A stretch of DNA of 64,000 bases from contig CAIJFH010000027.1 in assembly GCA_903819895.1 (NCBI GenBank), forward strand, positions 1,675 through 65,674, in the 5' to 3' direction. The notes below the pieces were generated by a model, which saw only the letters and a list, made by a program, of their open reading frames with translations, did not search any database and was not told the origin of the DNA. The DNA comes from Candidatus Adlerbacteria bacterium. Lineage in GTDB: Bacteria; Patescibacteriota; Minisyncoccia; Phycocordibacterales; SBAW01. Shown one piece after another: positions 39,462 to 48,496 of the stretch. Position 1 is the first letter of the stretch; every line of letters begins with the position of its first letter. Position numbers and translations under genes: made by a program.

Positions 39462-40406
39462 ATGACGGCAAAAAAAGGAGGTAGTCGTATCCGGCACCTA
39501 CTGCGCTACGAAGTCGTTGCTGGTGTACTCGTGTGTGTCCTGCTGGTCGAGGTGTTTGGGGTGCTGCAATCGTTTCGACTACAAAACTCTGCAACGCAAA
39601 TTGGTGTCGTGTTGCCAGCGGTGATTGTCGACATAACCAACGCACAACGTACGTCCAATGATCTCGGCACACTGACCCCAAACGCGACACTCGCCACAGC
39701 GGCACAAGCAGCGGCAGATGACATGGCAACCGAAGGGTACTTCGCGCACGTGAGCCCCAATGGGACAACGCCCTGGGATTGGCTCGCGCAGGCGGGGTAC
39801 TCCTACCAGTACGCGGGGGAGAATCTTGCCGTTAATTTTGATGATTCGCGACAACTGGTCGACGCGTGGATGAGCTCGCCCACGCACCGTGCCAACATCT
39901 TGGGCCAACACTTCACGGAGATCGGTGTTGGCATGGCGACCGGCACCTACCAAGGTCACATCGCGGTGTTTGTCGTGCAATTTTTTGGCTCACCGCTGCT
40001 TGCGACCCCATCAACATCTGCCAAACACGCCAGCCCGGTCGGGCACAATTCAGTCACCACATCTACACAACATACCGCTGCCCAAGATCTTGCAGTGGCG
40101 ACTCCACAACCAATACTTCCTGCGCTGCCAGCTGTTGCTGCTGCCGAGACCGAGGTTGCTACATCCCCGCACACCTACGCCACCGACGTGCTTGTTGCTA
40201 TCGGCACCGTGTTTGCGCTACTCCTCGTTGCTGGTGTCGTCCCCACACTGCGCCGCCTCCTTCATCCACATGCGCTTATCAACGGTGCAGCTCTGGTTGT
40301 GGTTATTATCGGATTATTGGTGCTCAACGAGCAGGTTCTCTTTGCAAACGTCACACTTCCTGCTGATACACAGAGTGCTAGTGTCGTCATGCAACAATCA
40401 CAGTAG
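39462..40406 (+). CDS. CAP/SCP domain membrane protein
   Basis: GYFAHVSP, AGENLA and WMSSPTHRANIL motifs. Confidence 0.88.
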   Translation: MTAKKGGSRIRHLLRYEVVAGVLVCVLLVEVFGVLQSFRLQNSATQIGVVLPAVIVDITNAQRTSNDLGTLTPNATLATAAQAAADDMATEGYFAHVSPNGTTPWDWLAQAGYSYQYAGENLAVNFDDSRQLVDAWMSSPTHRANILGQHFTEIGVGMATGTYQGHIAVFVVQFFGSPLLATPSTSAKHASPVGHNSVTTSTQHTAAQDLAVATPQPILPALPAVAAAETEVATSPHTYATDVLVAIGTVFALLLVAGVVPTLRRLLHPHALINGAALVVVIIGLLVLNEQVLFANVTLPADTQSASVVMQQSQ

Positions 40407-40424
40407 GTAGGGTATACTGGGGAG

Positions 40425-41735
40425 ATGAAAGGACGCTCCGCGTATCGTCGTCTCTTGTTTGTTGGGCTGGGCGCCTCGGTGGTGTTGGTGGGGCTCGTTG
40501 TAGCATATGCACGCCTCAGCACCAACCAACCAATACTGCTAACCGGATTGTTCCACGGGCCGCGCTACGACTCGTCGACATTACTGCCCGACACCTCCAT
40601 CGTGGCGAGTGTCGTGCACAGCATTTCTCACCGACAAACTCGGCCGACCACCACTCGCGGGCAAACCGGCGGTAGCACCGCAACAACCACCACAGGTAGC
40701 ACAAGCACAACGACACCAACACAAACAACGTCCGCATCAAAAACAGTGGCGTTTGGTATCGCCGCGGGTGGCGGGCTTACCGACCTCGACCAGCCAGCAC
40801 TCAACACCTACTTTCAAGCGCTCAAGACGCTGGGTGTCCAATGGGTGCGTTGGGATATCGATTGGGGAGTGGTACAACCAGATGATGCGACGCACTACAA
40901 CTGGGCAGCAATCGACCGCGTCGCAGCGACCGCCAAACAATATGGCATCAACTCGCTCGCGATCCTGACCTACACCCCTGCGTGGGCATACCCCAGCGGC
41001 TGCACTATGAGCCAGTGCCTCCCAGCCGACCCGAGCGCGTTCGCTACATTTGCTGGTGCTGCCGCCGCACGCTACAAGGACACCATCCACACCTGGGAGA
41101 TTTGGAACGAGCCCAACGTCGCACCAAATGCAAATGTTGCTGTCTATAGCACCGTGCTGCGCGGCAGCTACAGCGCCATCAAAGCAGTCGACCCAAGCGC
41201 CATGGTGCTGAGCGGTGGGCTCGCGCCAGCAGCCGACGGGGGTGGCAACATCGCTCCTGCAACATTTGTCCAAGCGCTCTATGCCGACCAAGACCGCGCC
41301 TACTTTGACGCGCTTGCGCTCCACCCTTACACCTACCCTGTGTCGGTTGGCTATCAAGCGATATGGAACAGCTGGTTGCAAATGGCGATTATTCAAAACA
41401 GTATGCAGGCCAACGGCGATGGCGCTAAAAAAATATGGATTACCGAGTTTGGGTCGCCAACCAACGGGCCGGGCTCGCTCCGACAGCAAAACCAACTCAC
41501 CTTTGTGTACGGGTCGGACTATTTGTCCGAACAAACACAGCAGACACTCCTGCAAGATGCGCTCGCGTACTACATACAAAACAGCGCATCCTTTGGGCCG
41601 TTCTTTTTTTACAGTTTGCATGACAACGGCACCAACACCAACACGCCAGAAAACTTTTTTGGCCTGCTGCGCTACGACTGGAGCCAAAAACCCGCGTATC
41701 AAACCTTCCAGCAAACCATCGCGCAGTATAAGTAA
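40425..41735 (+). CDS. Second secreted clan GH-A glycoside hydrolase
   Basis: WEIWNEPN, HPY, WITEFG and ENFFGL motifs; paralog of 36198-37370; Thr-rich linker. Confidence 0.85.
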   Translation: MKGRSAYRRLLFVGLGASVVLVGLVVAYARLSTNQPILLTGLFHGPRYDSSTLLPDTSIVASVVHSISHRQTRPTTTRGQTGGSTATTTTGSTSTTTPTQTTSASKTVAFGIAAGGGLTDLDQPALNTYFQALKTLGVQWVRWDIDWGVVQPDDATHYNWAAIDRVAATAKQYGINSLAILTYTPAWAYPSGCTMSQCLPADPSAFATFAGAAAARYKDTIHTWEIWNEPNVAPNANVAVYSTVLRGSYSAIKAVDPSAMVLSGGLAPAADGGGNIAPATFVQALYADQDRAYFDALALHPYTYPVSVGYQAIWNSWLQMAIIQNSMQANGDGAKKIWITEFGSPTNGPGSLRQQNQLTFVYGSDYLSEQTQQTLLQDALAYYIQNSASFGPFFFYSLHDNGTNTNTPENFFGLLRYDWSQKPAYQTFQQTIAQYK

Positions 41736-41761
41736 TCATTCTTGCCACATATAAAAAGAGA

Positions 41762-41786
41762 AGCGCCGAGGTTTAACCTCGGCGCT
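41762..41786. repeat. Palindrome (AGG-N5-CCT family) between convergent genes
   Basis: AGCGCCGAGG-TTTAA-CCTCGGCGCT. Confidence 0.7.
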
Positions 41787-41832
41787 GATTGCTGCGTCCT
41801 TCTGTTTGAGATACTAGCGTGCGTATGGCTCG

Positions 41833-42420
41833 TTACGCGACCTCTGTCATCCTCGTTGCAAGATACTGCTCCCACCGTGGGCGCCACCTGTCTGCGGTTA
41901 CGATGAGGTGCACTTCATCTACAAACGTACCGTCTTTGGCGCGAATCCACTGCGGCAGCCGCCCAACTTCTTCGTACCCACACTTGCGTGCATAGGCGAT
42001 ACTCCGCTCATTAAACGCAAAGACGGGCGATAAGATGCACCGTAAGCCGAGCGTGTTGAACGCAAAGTCGAGCAACAGCATCTTCGCTTCGGTGCCGTAC
42101 CCCTTGCTGTACGCTGTCTTGTCCCAAATTACGCTCCCTGTCTTTGCGGTACCGTCCTTCCAGTTGATAGCATGCAGACCCATGGTGCCAATGAGTGCTT
42201 CGGTATTGTTGAGCATAATACCAAAGACGAAGTTTTTGTCGCTTTTGTTGAGTCCTGCAAGAACCTCTTCCTCTTCCTGCAAACTAATAGGCATCCAGCG
42301 TGCCAAGTACTGGGTGATGTCTGGGTCGTTCATAGCGATACATGCCGCACGCGCATCCGACTGCTCGACGATGCACAGCGACACGGCGATATGCCCGCGA
42401 CGAAAGATAATCCTGCTCAT
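41833..42420 (-). CDS. GNAT N-acetyltransferase (RimJ/RimL-like)
   Basis: KGYGTEA...AFNTLGL...N.RS...KCGY..VG; GGAG RBS. Confidence 0.88.
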   Translation of the reverse strand: MSRIIFRRGHIAVSLCIVEQSDARAACIAMNDPDITQYLARWMPISLQEEEEVLAGLNKSDKNFVFGIMLNNTEALIGTMGLHAINWKDGTAKTGSVIWDKTAYSKGYGTEAKMLLLDFAFNTLGLRCILSPVFAFNERSIAYARKCGYEEVGRLPQWIRAKDGTFVDEVHLIVTADRWRPRWEQYLATRMTEVA

Positions 42421-42463
42421 GTGTTTTCTCCATAGTGTGTGTTGCTGTCAAAGATCTGCCGGA

Positions 42464-42565
42464 ATACAAAAAACCCTCGGGCTTTGTATCCAGCCGAGGG
42501 GTTTCTAGGAGTGTGGTTTTCTAGTTCGATTACGAGGTCATACAAAATCCACGGCTGTATACAAG
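42464..42565 (-). promoter_or_regulatory. Terminator/antiterminator (attenuator) upstream of the GNAT gene
   Basis: Terminator CCCTCGG...CCGAGGG-TTTTTT; the upstream segment CTTGTATACAGCCGTGG is complementary to the terminator 5' arm and loop. Confidence 0.75.
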
Positions 42566-42661
42566 CTGGCTCTGCTCCTGCTTGTCGGAGACGACAGCAA
42601 AGAGCGCCCGGGTAGTCGGGGCAATAGCGCACGTATACATCTGGTGGACTGCGTATTTCAT
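42530..42661 (-). CDS. Putative attenuator leader peptide (43 aa)
   Basis: MKYAVHQMYTCAIAPTTRALFAVVSDKQEQSQLVYSRGFCMTS*, starting 8 nt after TTGACA-17 nt-TAGTTT. Confidence 0.6.
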   Translation of the reverse strand: MKYAVHQMYTCAIAPTTRALFAVVSDKQEQSQLVYSRGFCMTS

Positions 42662-42757
42662 ACTCTTACAAACTACACAAATATAGCCGTTGTGTCAATA
42701 CCTCGCAAAATACATAGGACGGACCTATGTAGACGGAGAATTTGCTATACTGCCGCT

Positions 42758-43417
42758 ATGGAAATCGTATCAACCACTATGACCACCGAGGAACTGATAC
42801 AAATTGTCTGGGACTACCAGTTGATGCATCAAGAGTTGTGCAAGGCGGATGCTCTTGTCGTGCTCGGCAATCACGATGTCCAAGTTGCTGAGTATGCAGC
42901 CAAGCTCTATCTCGACGGATGGGCGCCGCTACTCGTCTTTTCGGGCGGGTCGGGGAGGTCAACCGAGCAGTGGCAAAAAACTGAGGCCGAGATATTTACC
43001 AACGCAGCTGTGCGACTTGGTGTGCCCGCGGAGAAGATCCTGCTCGAGCGTAAAGCCGCCAACACAGGCGAGAATATTTTGTTTACGAAGGCGCTACTTG
43101 AAGAGAAGCGCATCGAGGTGCGCCAGATTATCGTCGTACAAAAGCCCTACATGGAGCGTCGTTCGTATGCTACCTGCAAAAAGCTTTGGCCCGAGGTCGA
43201 CGTCGTGGTCACCTCGCCGCCGATAGCGTGCAAGGACTATGCGCCCGCGGGCGTGTCGCGCGACCAATGGGTGAGTATTATGGTCGGCGACCTTCAGCGC
43301 ATCAAACTCTATGCCGAAAAAGGATTTATGATCCCGCAAGAAATCCCCGCAGACGTCTGGGCAGCGTATGAGGAACTTGTCGCGCGCGGCTATGACGCAC
43401 ATGTACTAAAAGAGTAG
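42758..43417 (+). CDS. YdcF/DUF218 family protein
   Basis: VFSGG.G, EAE, E..A.NTGEN and QKPYMERR motifs. Confidence 0.88.
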   Translation: MEIVSTTMTTEELIQIVWDYQLMHQELCKADALVVLGNHDVQVAEYAAKLYLDGWAPLLVFSGGSGRSTEQWQKTEAEIFTNAAVRLGVPAEKILLERKAANTGENILFTKALLEEKRIEVRQIIVVQKPYMERRSYATCKKLWPEVDVVVTSPPIACKDYAPAGVSRDQWVSIMVGDLQRIKLYAEKGFMIPQEIPADVWAAYEELVARGYDAHVLKE

Positions 43418-43488
43418 AGAATACGGAGGTCCGTCCTCCGTGGTGTGAGGAGGGTAGGAAAACTGGTGTATCGTGGTATACTGTTTGT

Positions 43489-43692
43489 ATGATTACTGCG
43501 GGATTTAAAAACGTCGTTTGGCGGGAAGGGGGGCAGTATGTTGCCCAGTCCTTAAACGTGGACGTATCAAGTTTTGGAAATACACGAACAGAGGCGCTGT
43601 CTAACCTCAAAGAGGCACTCGAGTTGTATTTTGAAGACGCTCCCGCTGGCGCTGCGTCTTCGGTCGAAGAGCCCGAGATTGTGTCCATCTAA
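43489..43692 (+). CDS. hicB: HicB-like antitoxin
   Basis: YVAQ...VSSFG.T..EAL.NLKEALELY. Confidence 0.85.
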   Translation: MITAGFKNVVWREGGQYVAQSLNVDVSSFGNTRTEALSNLKEALELYFEDAPAGAASSVEEPEIVSI

Positions 43693-43696
43693 GTGT

Positions 43697-43909
43697 ATGT
43701 CGAGGTTGCACTCCTCAAACCATATTATTTCTGTGTTAGAGCAAAACGACTTCTATTTTGTTTCGCAAAAAGGAAGTCATGCAAAGTATCGCAAAGAAAG
43801 CAATGGCAAGACACTCACCGTCATTGTGCCAGTAGACAAAAAAGAAATCCCTCGCGGCACATTCCGATCAATATTGCGGCAATCGCAACTAACACCACAG
43901 GATTTTTAA
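43697..43909 (+). CDS. hicA: HicA-like toxin (mRNA interferase)
   Basis: F..VSQKGSH.KY...VIVP...EIPRGT.RSILRQ. Confidence 0.88.
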   Translation: MSRLHSSNHIISVLEQNDFYFVSQKGSHAKYRKESNGKTLTVIVPVDKKEIPRGTFRSILRQSQLTPQDF

Positions 43910-43917
43910 AAACTATT

Positions 43918-44358
43918 ATGAACCAGGACAAGAAGTTTGAGATACGCTGTCGCGGAGTGATTGTGCACGAGGGGAAGTTGCTTGTAGTCAAACACACACA
44001 TGACACCACGTTTGCCGCGCTCCCGGGCGGGCACTTGGAGTTTGGCGAGGATGTGCAGGAGTGCCTGCGACGCGAGCTGGTCGAGGAACTTGGTATCGAA
44101 CCCGAGATTGGACGATTGTTGTATGTCAACACATATATCGAGTCCTACGGCGCACAGCCAGTGGAGTTCTTCTTCGAGATTCTAAACGGCGACGCATATG
44201 CAAAAGGGAGCAATGTTGCAGCGACGCATGCACACGAGCTTGCGGCAGTTGTTTGGATGCACCCTTCCGACGACATCCTACTGCGCCCAACCCAGTTTGC
44301 CGATGACTTTCGCGCAGGGGAATTGTTTGCAGACGAAGTGCGGTATATCAAGAAGTAA
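43918..44358 (+). CDS. NUDIX hydrolase
   Basis: Nudix box LPGGHLEFGEDVQECLRRELVEELG. Confidence 0.9.
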   Translation: MNQDKKFEIRCRGVIVHEGKLLVVKHTHDTTFAALPGGHLEFGEDVQECLRRELVEELGIEPEIGRLLYVNTYIESYGAQPVEFFFEILNGDAYAKGSNVAATHAHELAAVVWMHPSDDILLRPTQFADDFRAGELFADEVRYIKK

Positions 44359-44381
44359 GAAAATGAGCTCCCAATACTTTT

Positions 44382-45143
44382 ATGATTGGTGAAAGTCAGA
44401 CAGAAAAACACCTGTTAAATGAAATTTTGGCAGATTTTGTATTCTTTACAAATCCTGAGCTCATGAAAGATGAATTTCGCCTACTGGTCGATACTTCTTC
44501 CGCAGATATTTCCCAAATAGAGAAATACCGCACCCTTCTTTCAAATATCCAATATGCATGGCAGAAAACCTTGAAGTATAGCATTTATTTTGCAGAGTTT
44601 TATCCGCCAGAGTCTAGGATAGAAAAAATTGAGGCGCTGAATCACCACACACATGCATATTTGCAGGATGCTGATACTTTGAAAAACAAAATAGAAATCT
44701 TTTTACAAACACTCAAAAAGGATTTAACTAAAACTGCATTAAACAAAGATGACGTGCGAGATTTTGTTGATGCTGGGATAGAAAAAACATACGGAGTCTT
44801 CGAGAACATTCTTAAACATCGACACGCTCATGTCCACTATGGTATGCGTTTTGTGGATGGCGATTTACTTAAAGCTGAGAATGCTCAAGTGACTCTGGTG
44901 ATGTTTGAAAAACCACCTTTTAACTCAATGTTGAATCCAGATCGTAAACCTGAACTTGTTGCAAAACTAGAAAAACAAAAAGATGAGTCTTTTGAGGTTG
45001 CCAAGGTGCGCTGGGTATCGACCGCTCAGAGAAACGATGAACAGATATCTGGCTTTCTGCGCGCTCTCCTGTTTGCATTACGGCCCAGTTTCTATGAGTT
45101 TCTTGGCATTCGTTCTGTGAAAGAGTTAATTATCTCCGAATAG
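44382..45143 (+). CDS. AT-rich helical protein, probable HEPN (Cthe_2314-like) RNase
   Basis: Rx4H motif RHAHVH, all-alpha character and low GC. Confidence 0.55.
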   Translation: MIGESQTEKHLLNEILADFVFFTNPELMKDEFRLLVDTSSADISQIEKYRTLLSNIQYAWQKTLKYSIYFAEFYPPESRIEKIEALNHHTHAYLQDADTLKNKIEIFLQTLKKDLTKTALNKDDVRDFVDAGIEKTYGVFENILKHRHAHVHYGMRFVDGDLLKAENAQVTLVMFEKPPFNSMLNPDRKPELVAKLEKQKDESFEVAKVRWVSTAQRNDEQISGFLRALLFALRPSFYEFLGIRSVKELIISE

Positions 45144-45147
45144 AATG

Positions 45148-45174
45148 ACAATCCAAGGGTAACCCTTGGATTGT
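45148..45174. repeat. REP-like palindrome (AGG-N5-CCT family)
   Basis: ACAATCCAAGG-GTAAC-CCTTGGATTGT; further copies at 45653, 46539 and 62934. Confidence 0.8.
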
Positions 45175-45221
45175 AGCGACCATGGATGTCCGTCCTCTGT
45201 AGAGTTTGCTATACTGCTGTT

Positions 45222-45650
45222 ATGGATGAAGAATATATGCGTCGTGCTATTGCGCAGGCGAAACAGTCCAAGCAATATATTGGCTGCGGCGTAGTGATAG
45301 TAAAAGACGGGCACATTCTCGCAGAGACATACAACAAACAAAAAGAGTCATGCGATGCCACTGCGCATGCGGAGATTTTAGCAATACGCGCTGCGGGTGG
45401 GCAGCTTGGGCAAAAAGATCTGGATGGTTGTACCGTCTACTGCACCTGCGAGCCATGCACGATGTGTCTGTCGGCAATCATCTTTGCAAAAGTTCCACGA
45501 CTGGTTTATGGCACCTCGATGCAGGAGACATTTCCCGATAACTTGCCAATTACGCTCACCAGCCAAGAGTTGCTCGCGCACGCGCCCCATCATATCGACA
45601 TTGTTTCAGGGTACTTGCACGACGAATGCGCGACATTGTTGAGCAAATAG
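45222..45650 (+). CDS. Nucleoside/tRNA deaminase (TadA-like)
   Basis: DATAHAE and TCEPCTMC motifs. Confidence 0.88.
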   Translation: MDEEYMRRAIAQAKQSKQYIGCGVVIVKDGHILAETYNKQKESCDATAHAEILAIRAAGGQLGQKDLDGCTVYCTCEPCTMCLSAIIFAKVPRLVYGTSMQETFPDNLPITLTSQELLAHAPHHIDIVSGYLHDECATLLSK

Positions 45651-45707
45651 TCATCCAAGGGTAACCCTTGGATTGTGATAAAATACGCCCAGTTGTAGTA
45701 TGTGGTT

Positions 45708-46022
45708 ATGGGGAAGTATAAAGTCGTGGTAACTGTTCCAGTAAGTCATGCCAATATGGTGCGTGAGGCGATTGGGCAAGCTGGCGGTGGCAGAGTCGGC
45801 AACTACTCTTTTTGTAGTTTTTCGGTGCGCGGTGTTGGGCGTTTTAAGCCGAACGAACATGCGCGTCCGTTCGTGGGCGGGACTGGATTGCTGGAGGAGG
45901 TCGAGGAAGAGCGGATAGAGGTAACTTGCGATGCTGCCGAGCTTGATGCGGTAGTTGCTGCAATCAAACGTGTGCATCCGTACGAAGAAGTTGTGCTGGA
46001 TGTGTATGAATTAAATTCATGA
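45708..46022 (+). CDS. YqfO/Nif3 insertion-type (PII-like) protein
   Basis: AGGGRVGNYSFCSF, G.F.P...A.P..G and HPYEE motifs. Confidence 0.85.
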   Translation: MGKYKVVVTVPVSHANMVREAIGQAGGGRVGNYSFCSFSVRGVGRFKPNEHARPFVGGTGLLEEVEEERIEVTCDAAELDAVVAAIKRVHPYEEVVLDVYELNS

Positions 46023-46528
46023 GAATCACCATCATCGGACATTGTGGGAGTGGGAAGAGTACGCTCGCGGCACAAATCAGCGAGAAGTTGCATATCCCGT
46101 ACCTCCACCTAGACCGATTGTGGTTTGAGGCGGGTGGGCACGTCGTGCCCAAGAGTGACACCGTTGCTCGAAAGAAGATGGACGAGACGATTAGGGAGCG
46201 TGCGCAAGAGTTCGTACGACAAGATGCGTGGGTGTCCGACGGCTGGCACGGAACGATACAGCCCGTCATTGTCGAGCGTGCCGACCAGATTGTCTTTCTC
46301 GACATCCCGCTATGGCGACGAGTGTGGAATCATATCTATCGCATATTTTTTACGACACGACACGCAGAACTTACAAAGTGGCAGGATTTCAAATTTACGT
46401 GGCAGATTATCCGGCGCACCTACCGACACGGTCCCGCGATGCGCGCCTTTATCCACGAACATGCCGACAAGGTGGTCACCCTTCGCAACTATGCTGCAGT
46501 AAAGCGATATGTGGCGGGGTTGCAGTAA
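46019..46528 (+). CDS. FlaR-like P-loop kinase
   Basis: GHCGSGKSTLA, HLD, WVSDG and RADQIVFLD motifs. Confidence 0.82.
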   Translation: MRITIIGHCGSGKSTLAAQISEKLHIPYLHLDRLWFEAGGHVVPKSDTVARKKMDETIRERAQEFVRQDAWVSDGWHGTIQPVIVERADQIVFLDIPLWRRVWNHIYRIFFTTRHAELTKWQDFKFTWQIIRRTYRHGPAMRAFIHEHADKVVTLRNYAAVKRYVAGLQ

Positions 46529-46627
46529 TTGAGCTGTACAAGGGTAACCCTTGGATTATACAAAGGACTGTCCTCTGTACGCAAAAAGGTAATGCGCTAA
46601 ACATCTTCACTGTGCTATATTTCCATC

Positions 46628-47236
46628 ATGCATATATTTTTTATCCGGCACGGCGAGACGACGGGTGACGTAGAGAATCGCTACGGCGGCACATACGACG
46701 ACCATTTGTCCGAAAAGGGGGTCGAGCAAGTGGGCGCACTTGCCGAGGCGCTGCGCGGCAAGGGGATACAAACAATTTTCTCTAGCCCGCTCATTCGCGC
46801 ACAAGAAACATCTCAGCTACTTGCTGGTGCGCTCGACTGCCCAGTACAAACCATTGCCGACTTGCGCGAGCGCAATCAGTACAGTTTTTTGTCGGGCATG
46901 AAAAAGGACGAGGCGCTAGAGCGCTACCCACAGGAGGTCGAGCTGCTCAAAAATCGATACAACACCATTGCTGGTGCGGAGTCGTACGAGGATTTTAGTG
47001 CGCGCATTGCAGAGGTGTTTCGATCAATTGCAAGCACTGTCGAGCATGAGTCCATCGCGATGGTCTCTCACGGTGGGCCGGTGCGCGTTTTGTTTCGCGA
47101 CATTCTACAATGGGGCGAGATGAAAGAGATTGGCGACTGCGCGTTTGTCGAATTACAAAAAACGGGCGACACCTATTCCTACATCACCTCGAGCGGATTG
47201 GTTCCCGCATTTGGTTTTGAGGAGCACACAGTGTAA
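46628..47236 (+). CDS. Histidine phosphatase family protein
   Basis: RHGET, SSPLIRA and VSHGG motifs. Confidence 0.9.
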   Translation: MHIFFIRHGETTGDVENRYGGTYDDHLSEKGVEQVGALAEALRGKGIQTIFSSPLIRAQETSQLLAGALDCPVQTIADLRERNQYSFLSGMKKDEALERYPQEVELLKNRYNTIAGAESYEDFSARIAEVFRSIASTVEHESIAMVSHGGPVRVLFRDILQWGEMKEIGDCAFVELQKTGDTYSYITSSGLVPAFGFEEHTV

Positions 47237-47314
47237 TTACCAACACGTATACAAAGGACTGTCCTTGGTAGTGATGTGGTAGTCAAACCGGCGGATTTCA
47301 GTTACTATGCGGCG

Positions 47315-48415
47315 ATGGCGCTACGCATCGGCATTGTTGGGCTCCCCAATGTGGGCAAGTCGACACTCTTTCAAGCACTCACTAAAAAGAGTGTCTTGGT
47401 GGCCAATTACCCTTTTGCAACCATCGACCCATCGGTTGGTGTTGTTGCTGTGCCCGACGAGCGGCTCGACCAGTTGGCAGCATTTTCCGAATCGGCAAAA
47501 AAGGTGCCCGCCGCTGTCGAGTTTGTCGACATTGCGGGGCTGGTCAAGGGTGCCTCCGAGGGCGAGGGGCTTGGCAACCAGTTTCTCTCGCATATCCGCG
47601 AGGTAGATGCGATCGCCCACATGGTGCGCATTTTTGACAACACGGACATTATGCATGTTGATGGCGAGGTCGAGCCGCTGCGCGATATCGAGACCATCAA
47701 CCTGGAGCTGATTTTGGCCGACCTCGAGACGGTCGAGAAGCGTCTATCATCCCTGGAGCGCGAGGTGAAGAGGGGTAATAAAGAGATTGCCACCGAGCAC
47801 GCGGCGATTCAAAAAGCACACGAGATGCTCCGCGACAGCAAGCTCGCACGTACTGCCGACTACACACCCGAGGAGCTACTCTCCATCAAAGGTCTCCACT
47901 TGTTGACCATGAAGCCGATGCTGTATGTGCTCAATCGCGAGGCGGGTGGGCATAATATCGACGAGCAGCGCGACGGCCGCTGGGAGAAAGTGCAGCATTT
48001 TTTTGAGACAACCGGCGCGTCGTACACCTTTGTGGATGCAAATATCGAAAATGAGTTGCGCGACCTGCACACCGAGGACAAAGCGACCTTTCGTCAAGAG
48101 TATGGCGTCGAGGATGACGGGGTCAATGGGCTGATCCGCGCGGGCTATGCGCTCTTGGGGTTGATGAGTTTTTTTACCACCGGCCCCGATGAGACGCGCG
48201 CATGGACAATCCCCGTTGGCTCGACTGCGCCCGAGGCAGGTGCGGCGATCCACACCGATTTTAAAGATAAATTTATCCGCGCCGAGGTGATCAACTGGCA
48301 GCAACTCATCCAATCGGGCTCCTATGCCAAAGCGCGCGAGCAGGGGTTGGTGCGCACCGAGGGCAAAGAATATGTTGTCCACAATGGCGATGTGATGGAA
48401 TTTTTGCACTCATAG
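47315..48415 (+). CDS. ychF: Redox-regulated ATPase YchF
   Basis: GIVGLPNVGKST, DIAGLVKGAS.GEGLGN and AIHTDF motifs. Confidence 0.96.
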   Translation: MALRIGIVGLPNVGKSTLFQALTKKSVLVANYPFATIDPSVGVVAVPDERLDQLAAFSESAKKVPAAVEFVDIAGLVKGASEGEGLGNQFLSHIREVDAIAHMVRIFDNTDIMHVDGEVEPLRDIETINLELILADLETVEKRLSSLEREVKRGNKEIATEHAAIQKAHEMLRDSKLARTADYTPEELLSIKGLHLLTMKPMLYVLNREAGGHNIDEQRDGRWEKVQHFFETTGASYTFVDANIENELRDLHTEDKATFRQEYGVEDDGVNGLIRAGYALLGLMSFFTTGPDETRAWTIPVGSTAPEAGAAIHTDFKDKFIRAEVINWQQLIQSGSYAKAREQGLVRTEGKEYVVHNGDVMEFLHS

Positions 48416-48496
48416 CAACACACTATATTCGTTTTTTGAAATGCAAAAGGTGTGGTATGCTAAGTTGACTTTAGCACTAACGCATCCTCTATCTCT

